Origin: Octopus sinensis
Lineage: Eukaryota
NCBI RefSeq assembly: GCF_006345805.1
Contig: NC_043004.1
Coordinates: 30,256,001-30,320,000 of the forward strand
Direction of reading: 5' to 3'
DNA: 64,000 nucleotides
The notes beneath the pieces were generated by a model. That model did not search any database, was not told the origin of the DNA, and saw nothing but the letters and a program-made list of their open reading frames with translations. Shown here in pieces: positions 39,948 through 52,967 of the stretch. Positions within the stretch are counted from its first letter, which is position 1, and each line of letters opens with the position of its first letter. The position numbers and the translations under genes were made by a program.

Positions 39948-40797
39948 AATTTAACAAAAACACAACAAACAGAAATATTACAAAAACATAACAAACAGAA
40001 AGTTCATAGTTTATTCCTCATCAGTCAATGTCCAAAAAATCATTACAATTTTGTGCCTTTAATGTTGATATTGTTCACTTTTGGTGGCACCAGTGGCGAA
40101 AAGCCACTGGGAATAGCTAATGTATGTACAGGACAATGATGAAAACAAACACAAGATAAAACACACAGACACGCACACACATATACACACACATACATAT
40201 ACGTACGTACATACATACATACATACATACATACATACATACATACATGTATTTATAATTAATAATATCAAAGGGTAATTAGAAATATTTGAAATTTCCA
40301 TTACCAGTGGCCTAGCGTGTAAAAATTTAGTCAATAGACTATATGTTATTCATATAAATACAGTGTACATCTAAACACACAAGAGGCATCCGTCATAGGA
40401 TTCCTTGCACGCTAGAAAGGACAGTTAAATTCCAAACCACTATTAGGGATAAAATTTCGAAGGGAATGAAAAATAAAAAGATTTACATGTATTTATATGT
40501 ATATATTAATTAAGAGTAATCAATGGGAGATAATTAACTGTGGCAAATGTATAAGTAATGTTATTACATGTATCAAAAGTTACATAAACCAACACTGGAA
40601 TGGGCTATAGTGTGTCTGGTGGTTTATCCTTAATTCCTGTATTTTGTAAAATGTAGACATGATGAAAAAACATGGCTCCTGGTATTTATACAGTCCATAG
40701 TGATTCTCAAGTTTCTTAAACATACAAAATGTCTTTTGACCCATTAACATGATTACAAATATCTTGGGTCATACATATCATCATCTGCAAAAAATTT

Positions 40798-41325
40798 TCT
40801 AACTAGAAAGGGTATGGCCTGGTCGGCCTGAAATGACATGCATAAGATCTGGTCATCAAAGCTAAGTAGAGATTTCAAACTTGAAATCTTCAAAGCCACA
40901 GTCGAACCAATTCTACTATATGGCTCAGAAACCTAGACGTTATCAAAGAAGCTGGAGAGGCGGTTGGATGGAACCTACACTCGCCTCCTTATGAGAGCTC
41001 AAAATCTCTCGTGGAAGCATCATCCAACCAAAATGCAAATATATGGGAAACTACCACCTGTGTCATCTCTTGTGAAGGGTAGGAGAGTCCAGTTTGCTGG
41101 ACATTGTTGTAGAGCTGAAAACGAGGCAATTTCTACTCTTCTCCTCTGGAAGCCATCTACTCGCAATACCAGAGGGCGCACACTCTCCTACCCTGATGTA
41201 ATCTCCAGGGATACAGGCATCCAGCAACAGGACCTCTGTAATGCCATGATGGACCATGAAGTCTGGCGTAGCATGGTAGATTCCATTGTCTCGACCACGG
41301 TCGAACAATGATGATGATGATGAAG
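40798..41325 (+). mobile_element. RTE-clade LINE 3' end (second family)
   Basis: KLEIFKATVEPILLYGSET*TL.KKLERRLDGTYTRLLMRAQNLSWK...RRVQFAGHC.R...LLLWKP...RGR...YPD, with a (GAT)n tail. Confidence 0.88.
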
Positions 41326-41824
41326 GTTTGGTCTTTCATTTTATGTTGTAAACAATCCAAAGTATCATATACTTCTCCCTGATACCCTACAATATTATGT
41401 ACCCACATCCTAACACACATTAATAAATGCTTTGTCAAATCTTACATAGATGGAACAATGTCACTATAGAATTATGCTTCCACATGTGATTTTTTAATAA
41501 AATATTCACCCAGAACAATTTAAAAACTAAACTTTAAATTCTCCTTTGCTAAGTCTGTAAATACCAATATGACTGAAATGAATACCAATAACAAAAGATA
41601 GCAATGACCATTATTTCAGCCAGAACAACAGAACAATCTCTTGGTGATTGTCTTTTAATTCCTGATATTCTTCATGTGATTATATTTTAATCCATCTTTA
41701 TATTCTGAAGATTCTATTATTCCTCAATCCATGATATTCTTCAAAGTAGTTCTAGTTTGATATGATTATAATCCATTGGGGTTTCCTTATTAATTCATTA
41801 TAATCCTCAGGTGATTCCTTGTTA

Positions 41825-41825
<1 letters not shown>

Positions 41826-41865
<40 letters not shown>

Positions 41866-41876
41866 TATTATTATTA

Positions 41877-41928
<52 letters not shown>

Positions 41929-41938
41929 TATTATTATT
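41826..41938. repeat. (ATT)n microsatellite
   Basis: Directly visible. Confidence 0.95.
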
Positions 41939-42084
41939 AGCTGTTTCCATATTAATTCTTTATTATCCCCAGGTGATTCTATTTCAATTCAGTCATTGTT
42001 AAGCCATTTCAAAAACTGATATTTTACTAATTACTTCCAGGACTTTTGACAGAGTTGTATGATTAGTTTGCTATTCTAAAGGGA

Positions 42085-42115
<31 letters not shown>

Positions 42116-43129
42116 GGAGAGAGGAGAGAGAGAGAGAGAGAGAGAGGCAAGGAAGAGAAAGAATATAAAAGAAAGAAGGATCAAAGGGTGAGAGGAGCTT
42201 GGGAAAGAAAGTCTGGAAGAGTTCTGTGATAGTTAACATATCAAATAGTGGCTTCTTTTTGTGAAAAGTTAATAGTTGTTTGATCAATATTTCTTTTCTC
42301 TACACACACAAGCAGTACATTTATAGAGGAAGGAATATAAATGACCAAATCATCTCCAATATGTCACAGGTACCTACAAAAGGATAAGAAGATAAAGCCT
42401 AATCCTGAGCAGAGATAGATAAGAATACTGTAATGGATTTAGTGTAGTGCTTTCATATTGATTTCAAATTCTGACACAAGGCCACCAATTTAGGGGGAAT
42501 GAGTAAGTTGATTACATTGACTGCAATGCTCAACTGGTACTTATTTTATCGACCCCAAAAGGATGAAAAGCAAAGTCGACCCCAGTGGCATTTAAACTTA
42601 GAATGTAAAGAGGGACGAAATGCCACAAAGCATTCTGCCTGGCATGCTGAAGATTCTACCAGTTCCCTGCCTTGTCTGGTGCTTTCATACTGATGGCTAA
42701 AATAAGCAAAAGGAAACAAAGAATTGTGTGTAGTCAAATAAAGTAATGCCTTTAGTTGTATATTTAACAAACATCAGAGGAATGAAGGCAATTTGGCCTG
42801 GGCAGGAATTGAACATAGAATAGAGAGATGTAAGTAGTGGATGACATTTTGTCTGATACCCCACCATTTCGTCTATCTGCTATTCTAAACCCTACCAATT
42901 CTTCTATCCATCACTCTAATGATAGATGAATGTTATATATTTAGGTTTGTTGAGGATCTTTTAATTTTTAATATTAGACAGCAGGAGAAAAGGATAAGTT
43001 CATAGAGTTGAAGTTTAAAAAATAATTTAATTAAAATTGGATAGAATAGTTTTATGATCAAGGTGTTGAACTGGTGAGCAGTATGCCATCGGTTCAAATC
43101 TGAACTGCAATTATATTTGAAATTATTAC

Positions 43130-43211
43130 ATGAGCACTCTGTTAGGACAAGGCATATTACACAAGCTACATGAGTATTTCTAGTCCGCACTAAGTTGTAC
43201 GTATACTTCAT
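43130..43211 (-). CDS. Putative first coding exon of CUB-domain gene (signal-peptide-like: MKYTYNLVRTRNTHVACVICLVLTECS)
   Basis: Pyrimidine-rich acceptor ttaattctcttcctgctgctag ends at 43222 and the exon starts at 43221. ATG at 43211. Basic N-region followed by hydrophobic VACVICLVL. Phase-1 donor T|gtaata at 43130/43129 joins the CUB exon in frame (T+GT = Cys, giving ...ECSC-WQPF). The donor is only moderately strong. Confidence 0.55.
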
Positions 43212-45866
43212 GAATAAGTGGCTAGCAGCAGGAAGAGAATTAAGGTATAAAAACATTTGTTTTTAACAATTTGCAAATGTCTAACAGAGTAAACATTGTC
43301 AGACAAGAAAAAAATGGATGGGGAAATGGACTGGAAATGATTTAAACACAAAAATAGCAAAGATTAAGAAGTGTTTCACATTGATTGATGTTTATCTTCA
43401 AGTAGAATTGCTATTCCAATATAGATATTGGCATAACGTCAATTAGTAGGTATAAATACCCTAGAGCAAGTACTGTTTCATGTCAGTGTGACCCAGGCTA
43501 TGAAGGAAGCAGTTAGAGGAAATGGTTAAGCTCAATGGAAATGTTGCTTCTATTTCTGCCATCTCCCCAAAAAGAGTTCTAGAGTAAGAACTAAGTTTCT
43601 TAAAGAGTCTAATTTCTGGACCCAGTTTTAATTCCCAATCTCCTTTTCATGTCAACCCAATTCCCTTTTCATGTTCAAAAGCATCAATGTCATATAGTTT
43701 TTTGTTAAATCAATGAATTTAAAAAGTAAATATATTTTTTATAGCTTTGGTAGGGAATCATTAACGAACTTTTTTCTGGGTCTCCCACTCACCACCATCA
43801 CCACCATTGTCGTCATCATCATTTAATATCCATTTCCATACTTGCATGGGTTGGATGGTTTGACAGGAGCTGGCAAGCTGGAGAGCTGCACCAGGCCCCA
43901 ATTGTCTGTTCTGGCATGGTTTCTATGGCTGGATACCCTTCCTTATGCCAACCACTTAACAGAGTGTACTTGGTGCTTTTTATGTGACATCAACACAAGA
44001 GTTATTAAGTGGCACCAGCAGAGATGCTTGCTATGTGGTGCCAGCATGTGAGGAATAGGAGGGAACTATCTTCTGATCAGATGTATATTCAGAATACTTG
44101 CAAGGGAATGGAGCCAGTTAAGGCTAGCAGTCAGATGGTGTTAGTATTAAACCAGGCAGTTAAGTCTATCCATCCTCAAAACAGAAACAATTCCTTCAAT
44201 AAGCATTTAGCTATTTTTAAATGTAATGTAACACTAATTTTTTACTTGTAAGAGGGTGGGGGTTTGAATTTAATGTGAACAATAGTATAGTGAATTGGGT
44301 ATAATTTAGTATTGATCTTGGAAGCTCATATCTGTATGTTCAATTCATAAAAGAGCTTAACTTTTTTCCATCATTATAGAATTGACAAAAAAGCCTATTT
44401 TTCTGGATTCTTATTTCTGGTAAAACGTTACTCTTTCAGTAACAAGAATTTATGTAGCATTCCACAAATATTGGTTTTAAATTTTGGTACAAGGCCAGCA
44501 ACTTCAGGGATGGGTAAGTTGATTAAATCAACTCCAAGTACTCTATTGGTACTCATTTTATCAACCCTGAAAGGATGAAAGGTAAAGCTGACCTCAGTGG
44601 AATTTGAAGTCATAAAGAGAGAGATGAAATGCCGCTAAGCAATTTGTTTAGTGTGCCAATGATTCTGCCAGCTTGCCACTTTATATGCCACACATATGAA
44701 ACTTTGATTTGAAATAACTTGCTAGTTCTAGATAATTCTTTTAAAATCTTTGAAAAAAATTTTCATCTATGACTTAGCAGTCTTAGAGAACAGTTCAATT
44801 TCAGCTCAAATTTGAATTTCTCTGTTTATAATGAGATGGCTTATAAAAGTATTTCACAGAATCTTTCATGCTTCAGGCAAATATCAGGAAGTTAGTAGAC
44901 TTCGTTTATTGTCTTGGCAGTGTTTTCTATTAATGGAATTCATAAAGATAGTAAATAGAAGACACACAAATATTTGGGCCAATAATTAATTTACTGAACA
45001 TTAGTTTACTGAAATATTCAGAAGACGAATTCAACCCTTAAATCAATCAAAAGACAGATTCCATCCCCATATTTCTGAATGCTACATTGGTATTGTAGCC
45101 TATCCAACGTCCTTTCTCTTATTTTTTCAGAATTTCTTTACACTTAGAGATGCAGAACAGAAAAAAGTTCTCCTGAGATCTAGACATGGTGCCACTGTCA
45201 GGACATGATGCCCCTAATAGGATACGATTCCACTGTCAGGACATGGTACCACATCAAAATTGGTATCATTGTCAAGCTATGGTACCATTGTCAGGATATG
45301 AACTCACAACAGTGAATGACACTTTTTGTTATCTGATGCTATTATACTAATTGTGATGGTTTATTGTTCTTAGTGTAATTGTTGCAGATTGAATGGCCTC
45401 ATAATGTATAGTGTTCCTGACTAAATCACGTAGATAGAAGGGATATTATCATCATTATCATCATTGTTTAAAGTCTGCCTTCCATGTTGGTATGGGTGGG
45501 ACAGGACCCATGCTTAATTTAGACTGCTTCAAGGAGAAACTGGTGAAGCATCAGAAGTACATTGTTGAATGTCATTAAGATGGGAGAATCTTAGATGTAC
45601 AGAATAAAGAAGAGAAATAAAGGCAAAAAGAGAGAATGAGAAAGACAGAAGAGAGGATGAAAGAAAGGAAAGGAAGAGATGAGAGAGGAGGGAGAGAAGG
45701 AGAAAGCGAGTGGGAGGATGAGAGAGAGTGAAAGAATTCAGAGATCTGATGTGCAACCTGGCCATATAAAAAGTGGAGGAGTAGTCATGCTATTTGGGTA
45801 TACCATAAAAAAGTTGTGCACTTTCACTATACATGTGTTATTGTAATTTCAACTACAAAAACTTAC

Positions 45867-45958
45867 AATAAATTATAAGTTCAATGATGAAACACTAACA
45901 TCATCATTAACAATATTGCACTAACGAAGACTAGAACTACATGGTCTAACAAGTCTGT
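45867..45958 (-). other. Candidate non-coding 5'-UTR exon of the CUB gene
   Basis: Strong acceptor ttacttccctaatttcag| and perfect donor |gtaagt, 92 nt apart. Stops in all three frames. Same strand as, and 2.6 kb upstream of, the ATG exon. Confidence 0.3.
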
Positions 45959-46547
45959 CTGAAATTAGGGAAGTAATCAGCAGCACAAGTTGATGACAGA
46001 AAAGATGAACAAACATTTAGACAAGTGATTCAAACCTGGAGAAAACTCCAAAACCAAATTAGATAAAGTATTTCACTTGTAAATAAGAAATATGTTAAAG
46101 TTGATGAACTACAAAGACAAACTAATGAACGCTGCTATGTTTTTTGTTAGTTTGCTTTTCATCTCTGGCGGAACACAGATGAAATTGTATTTAAATTCAA
46201 TTTATAAATATTTATTTCAGACGTCATCTGTTTAACTCTAATATTATCTGACATTTACACAAGTGATTTTATGTTATGTCATAATAAAGCATAAACAAAG
46301 CTCGATCGTCATTTATAAACAGCTTATATAAAAATTATTGCAGGAATTTTCTTGTAGTTTATAGAGACAAACTACGATTTGGAATCTCAACAGTGACATT
46401 TATCTACAAACATCAAACACTCATCATATTTATCTTCCATTTCTCATAAAAGATGGCAAATTTGCAAGCGAAAAGGAAAACAAACTATTGCTAATCAATA
46501 AACAAAGACTAAACCATAGAATCATAGAACTCGAAATGTACCATCAC

Positions 46548-46591
<44 letters not shown>

Positions 46592-46705
46592 AGAGGTATT
46601 TCATAAATACACAGACATATAAACATGTATTTCAATAGGTTCTTGTATATACATAATGTACACAAACATGCATACACACACATACACACGCACATTATAT
46701 ATATT

Positions 46706-46770
<65 letters not shown>

Positions 46771-46864
46771 TGACAATCAGACAGACAGACAGAAAGATAG
46801 ATACATGTCCATACAGTGAAATAATGTATAAACATCAAAGACTATATATATATATATATATATA

Positions 46865-47845
46865 TATGAACATCAATGGAATTTGTATCTTTGCGGTACC
46901 AGTGCCGGTGGCACACAAGAAAACCATCCGAACGTGGCCGTAGCCAGTACCGCATCGACTGGCCTCCGTGCTGTGGGCACGTAAGAAACACCATCCGATC
47001 GTGGCCGTTCGTCAGCCTCGTCTGGCACCTGTGTTGGTGGCACATAAAAACACCATCCGAGCATGGCCGTTCGCCAGCCTCGTCTGGCACCTGTGTCGGT
47101 GGCACATAAAAACACCATCCGAGCATGGCCGTTCGCCAGCCTCGTCTGGCACCTGTGTCGGTGGCACATAAAATCACCCACTACACTCTTGGAGTGGTTG
47201 GCGTTAGGAAGGGCATCCAGCTGTAGAAACACTGCCAGATCTGACTGGCCTGGTGCAGCCTTCGGGCTCCCCAGACCCCAGTTGAACCGTCCAACCCATG
47301 CTAGCATGGAAAGCGGACGTTAAATGATGATGATGATGATGATATATATATATATATTATATATATATGAACATCAATGGAATTTGTATCTTTGCGGTAC
47401 CAGTGCCGGTGGCACACAAGAAAACCATCCGAACGTGGCCGTAGCCAGTACCGCATCGACTGGCCTCCGTGCTGTGGGCACGTAAGAAACACCATCCGAT
47501 CGTGGCCGTTCGTCAGCCTCGTCTGGCACCTGTGTTGGTGGCACATAAAAACACCATCCGAGCATGGCCGTTCGCCAGCCTCGTCTGGCACCTGTGTCGG
47601 TGGCACATAAAAACACCATCCGAGCATGGCCGTTCGCCAGCCTCGTCTGGCACCTGTGTCGGTGGCACATAAAATCACCCACTACACTCTTGGAGTGGTT
47701 GGCGTTAGGAAGGGATCCAGCTGTAGAAACACTGCCAGATCTGACTGGCCTGGTGCAGCCTTCGGGCTCCCCAGACCCCAGTTGAACCGTCCAACCCATG
47801 CTAGCATGGAAAGCGGACGTTAAATGATGATGATGATGATGATAT
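46865..47845 (+). repeat. 501-bp tandem duplication of a family-C element with internal ~53-bp repeats
   Basis: ORF-track duplicates at 46876/47377 and 46968/47469. Copies differ by a 1-nt deletion (gggcatcc vs gggatcc) and microsatellite length. Confidence 0.92.
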
Positions 47846-48364
47846 ATATATATATATATTTGTTTTTATGGCTGTGTGATAATGATTTTCATTTTGGAAC
47901 TATGTTTTTAGAGGTTCAGGCCCACTGCATGGATACTGTCAGATGGTCTTCTATACAATACCCATGTGTTGACCAATATATTGAATGTGAAAGTATAAGG
48001 CAGAAACTATGTATTATGTGAATGTTTGTGTATGTGTATATATGCTTCTGTGAATGCGTTTGTATTTCCTCTCATCTTCATATGTGTTTGGTGATTGTAA
48101 ACAAAAGTCTCACTGCTCATAGAGGGAATGTTGTTTGCTTCCAGATGTCCAGGCTATTCCTTGTTTGATAGTTTAAGGTATTATGACTTTGCTCAGAAGC
48201 AAGTAATGATTGGAGTCAGCAAGGACATTCCAGCCATAGGAAACTTTTCCCTGATTTAATCTCATGCAAAACTGGTAAAATGGAAAAAGGAGCATTAAAA
48301 TAAACTTTCTCTCTCTATATATATATGTGCGTGTGTGTATGTGTGTGTGTGTGTGTGAGTATCA

Positions 48365-48660
48365 TCTATATATATATATAAAACTGAGAATGTGTTTGTC
48401 TGTCTGTGTGTCTGTATGTGTGCATCACTAAAACTCAAGAACTACCCAACCGATTTCATTTAAATTTTACACCTGCCTTACTTAGGGTTCATGCAGTGTC
48501 ACGGGGCCCAAAAAATTTTCAACTTCTTGCCTAATACAAGCCTGGAGTAATCTCTTCTCTCTTACACTGTTTCAGTATTACATGTCAAAACTGAAACAAT
48601 AACAGCTCTATTAATACTTTCACTATTATATGGTTTCAGTTTCAATTACTTTCATTATGT
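48365..48660 (+). mobile_element. Helitron/Helentron-associated non-autonomous element, 5' portion
   Basis: TC-TATATATA-AAA start, (GTCT)n tract and accgatttca...aaatttt core are typical of DINE-1/HINE-like elements. Confidence 0.5.
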
Positions 48661-48726
48661 ATCTATATATATATATATATTAATTTCATTTCTTATACTT
48701 TCAATATGTATTTATATACCTGTTCA

Positions 48727-48762
<36 letters not shown>

Positions 48763-49079
48763 TGTATGTATGTATGTATGTATGTATGTATGTATGTGTG
48801 TGTGTGTGTCTGTGTTTGTACCCCACCATTGCTTGACAACCGATGTTGCTGTGTTTACGTTCTCATAACTTAGCAGTTTGGCAAAAGACATTGATAAGAT
48901 AAGTACTAAGCTTACAAAGGATAAATCCTGTGGTCAATTTGTTCGACCAATGGCGGTGCTCTAGCATGGCCACAGTCACAGGACTGAAACAAGTAAAACA
49001 ATAAAAAAACTATGCCATTTTAATACCAAAGAAGGCCAGGTATCTTGCTAGTATACATATAAAGCAATGATACACACCA

Positions 49080-49370
49080 ACACATGCATGCACACACATG
49101 ATGATTGCTCCATCTTTACCAATGATTATTGTCTCCTTTGTTTCCTCATTATCAGTGGCACTTGTGACTTTACATCCATGACTTCTCAGATGACTATTCA
49201 ATCTTTCTGCAGATGTGTATGATTTGAAGCATAGATGACAGATGAAAGCTGTAACTGAGTGTATGCTTCCACCTGTTTAGATTTGCACATGTGGCTGCTC
49301 TTCCATTGCCATAGGAATTTCAGTAGATGAGATGACAAATGTGGACAGCATAAAGAGATATCTACATCAT
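49080..49370 (-). mobile_element. RTE LINE C-terminal relic with C2H2-like motif
   Basis: FICHLCFKSYTSAERLNSHLRSH, preceded by an in-frame stop and followed by an RTE-like UTR ending in ATC repeats. Confidence 0.5.
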
Positions 49371-49767
49371 TGCGTTTTTGGATTTGGTTTGCAAGATTCT
49401 TTATATGAGTTCATGTGTTGAAGCATATTCTGTTGTGTCTGGGGAGAGTCATTTTCTTTTTATACCTTATAATATAACACATTCACCGGTAAAATTTCCA
49501 CTTTTTTCTTATTTTTATTTTCCTAAAATTTTCGTTGAGTCTTGCAACCTTTTCAATAGTTTTGTATATCATTAAATTATAATGATAAATGCTTGCAAAA
49601 AATGAACTTATTTGATTCTCTGTCTGAAGGATTTCTTATAGGAGATATTTTACATGTTTTCTACAACACATACAATTTTGTACCTCCTGTTGGCAAATCA
49701 AACATGTGTAATGGTGAATGGATAATAACAAAAAATTTTCCAATCTCCCGTTTGAGATGCATGCGTG

Positions 49768-49855
<88 letters not shown>

Positions 49856-49889
49856 TGTTTGTGTGTGTATGCATACGTGTGTGCATGCA

Positions 49890-49929
<40 letters not shown>

Positions 49930-49933
<4 letters not shown>

Positions 49934-50567
49934 TTGCAGAAATGGTCATAGCTCAATTAATCAGGAAGAGAGTTAACATAGATGAGACGCAGTTTGTATT
50001 TGTGCCAAGAGGAGTCTTTCTGGTGAGGCAACTGCAGGAGAAATACTTGGCCAAAAATAATCCTCGGTATCCGGCTTTTGTTGACATGGAGGAAGCCTTT
50101 GACAGGGTCCCATGCTTCCTTATTTGGTGGATAATGTGGAAGCTAGGGATAGATGAGTAGTTAGCAAGAGCTGTACAAGCCATGTGCAGGAATGCTGTCA
50201 GTAAGGTGTGAGTTGCCAATGAGTATATCAAAGAGTTTAGCATACAAGTAGGAGTCCACCAGAGATCAGTTCTTAGCCCCCTCTTGTTAATCTTGCTTCC
50301 TCCAAGAGAAGAAATTTCAGGTATAGAGGTATGAACTGGAATCAAAGAGCAATAGAGTTAATTTAGCTAAGACCAAAGTATTGATAAGTATTTTCCAGTG
50401 CTACATAAAAGCACCCAGTACACTCTGTAAAGGAATTTGCATTAAGAAGGGCATCCAGCTATAGAAATCATGCCAAAACAAACATGGAGCCTTCAGCTGG
50501 TCAGATCTTGTCAAACCATGCAACCAATGCCAGCATGGAAAATGGATATTAAAATGATGATGATGAT

Positions 50568-50570
<3 letters not shown>
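49930..50570 (+). mobile_element. Internally deleted RTE copy (same family as 27066-28675)
   Basis: KVAEMVIAQLIRKRVNIDETQF.FVPR...QLQEKYL...FVDMEEAFDRVP; jumps from aaagtattgataagta directly to the 3' UTR and (GAT)n. Confidence 0.85.
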
Positions 50571-50618
<48 letters not shown>

Positions 50619-51872
50619 ATAGATAGACAGACAGACAGACAGACAGATAGATAGATAGATAGATATAGGGTAAAGAATTATATATTTAATAATTAATAAT
50701 TTTACCAAGTAGTTCGGTATAGAGAAAAAAATGTTATCGGTAAAATCTTATACGAAAAGTTTTTTTATAATTACAAACATAATTAAGGGATCAGCAAAAG
50801 TTGCTTCATATATATCTCCACAGACAGCAATACTCGTAATTCACATAGGTAAAAAGAAGAAAAAATAATGAAACTAACCAGCCTTATATATATATATATA
50901 TGATGTGCTTCTTTCAGTATCTGTTTACTAAAACGACTTACAAGGACCCGGGGCTTTAATAGAAGACATGCAATGGGACTAAACTCAAAACTATGTGGTT
51001 GGAAAGCAAGTTTCTTGACCACACAGTCAAGTCTGTACCACATGGTGTAATGGTTCTCATGAATATTTATATTTACTGTTTTTACTCATCTCCTCCATCC
51101 TTAATCAGCAACATCCATCACAGTACATAATATCTGTGCAGAATTTCTATTTCTAATTAAGTAATTCAATGCAGTTTAAGGTTATAAATATTAATGCGAA
51201 AATGAGAAATACTGTGAATACAAATGACTTCATAAGCTTATTTATGCATAAGAAACTGAACTAGAAATTTAATATCGTTTTAAATAAGAATTATACAGTA
51301 AATTTTAAAGATTCTGAACACAAAAGTTCATTAAAATCACATCGGTCATTATCTTCAGTACTGAATAAACCTTTATAATGATCATGGTGAAACGATATTA
51401 TCATATAGATCCTCTTCATCATATCTTCCTTATTACTGTTCATAATTATAGGCTGTGAATTGTCTACTGTTTCTTCACCTTCAGCATTGTCCAATGTCTT
51501 TTGTACTATTCAAAATTCCTCATTTCTTGAATAATTTAACTATAATGTCAGTAATTATTTTCTTCCATAAATTAACGAACCATTCACACACAGGAGCAGT
51601 GATAAAACCTGCATATTGTCTCCTTTTGCATACTATTTTCTCCAGTTACTCCATTTTATCACTATATCCTCAAATGGTATACTGAGACCAATATGGGTTT
51701 CAGAAATATTATAAGTCCTCAAGTAATTACTGGTATGTCAGTATTTTGTGATCAGATATTATCACTAGTGTTGCTTCCCAGTGTGGTCAATCTCTTTTCC
51801 TTGAGGAACCTACTTGACTGTAAATTTGAAATTCGTTTATCTATTTCCAACAATATTTATCTATATAGCTAT

Positions 51873-51947
51873 CTGTAAATGGAAATGTGTATAAACTGTA
51901 TATAAAAATGTTTTTTATATACAGTTTATACACATTTCAGTTTACAG
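51873..51947. repeat. Short near-perfect hairpin (27-bp perfect core, 3-nt loop)
   Basis: gaaatgtgtataaactgtatataaaaa-tgt-tttttatatacagtttatacacatttc, extended by ctgtaaa/tttacag. Confidence 0.9.
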
Positions 51948-52898
51948 AGTATCGGAGTATGCATATGTGTCTATCTTGTAAATATATATATATATATTGG
52001 TTTCAAATTTTGGCACTAGGCAAGCAATATCAAGAGAGAGAATAAGTCAATTAAATTGATCCATCCAAGTACTAAACTGGTACTTATTTTATTGACCCCA
52101 AAAAGATGAAAGGCAAATCAAAGTCGACCTCAGCAGAATTTGAACTCTGAACCTAAAGATAGATGAAATTCTGCTAAGCATTTTGCCAGTCATGCTAACG
52201 GTTCTGCCAGCTTGCCTCACTGTAAATTTATCAATTATTAATTACAAGTAACACATTATACATACTTGTATGCATGCATATATACATACATATATACATA
52301 CATACATACATACATACATACATACATACATACATACGTACGTACGTATATACATACATGCATGCATACATACATACATACATACATACATACATACATA
52401 CATACATACATACATACATACAAAAATACCCTGCTGTTAATGTTGAAATTCCAATGAAGGAGTCCTGGATCTAGGTTAGAAATCAGTTCTTTCTCTATTG
52501 GCAAGAAATCTTGAAATAAACTGAATAATGACATACATACATTCAAACACCATATTTGTACTTCAAGGTAGGTTTTCATATATCATACCTTGATATTGTG
52601 TGGGGTGAGATCCCCATTGACAGGCTGCTGATATTGACTAAAGTGTTAAATACTTCAGGCATACAAATTAGTAGCTCCAGTCTCTGAAGTTATTGGATTT
52701 GTTCTGTATATAGACAGATTGGCCAGGTGATGTAAACACCTCTGATGAGACACCATTTAGGGTCAGAAATCGATTATGGCTGTCCATCACTTTTTCACTC
52801 AATAGAGATGTGGTGCAATTTGCCATGGTTGTATCTCTTCTATGTAGGTTTACTCTGGTTTAAAAGCATACAAACACATGTATACACACACACACACA

Positions 52899-52967
<69 letters not shown>

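Noticed and set aside
37592-47845. Regularly spaced repeats as CRISPR-like arrays
   Set aside because: Units are contiguous tandem copies without unique spacers, in eukaryotic context with no cas genes.
49178-49246. C2H2 zinc finger FICHLCFKSYTSAERLNSHLRSH as a host ZNF exon
   Set aside because: Single finger, no TGEKP linker, upstream in-frame stop, poor acceptor, and RTE-like flanks. Better explained as a LINE C-terminus.
51291-51494. Acidic 67-aa minus-strand ORF (MDNAEGEETVDNS...)
   Set aside because: TTG start with an upstream in-frame stop, apparent frameshift, and no recognisable family.
52445-52495. CCAAUGA...GAAA-UCAG hammerhead-like string
   Set aside because: Two core mismatches, weak stems and a non-palindromic loop III; too degenerate to call.
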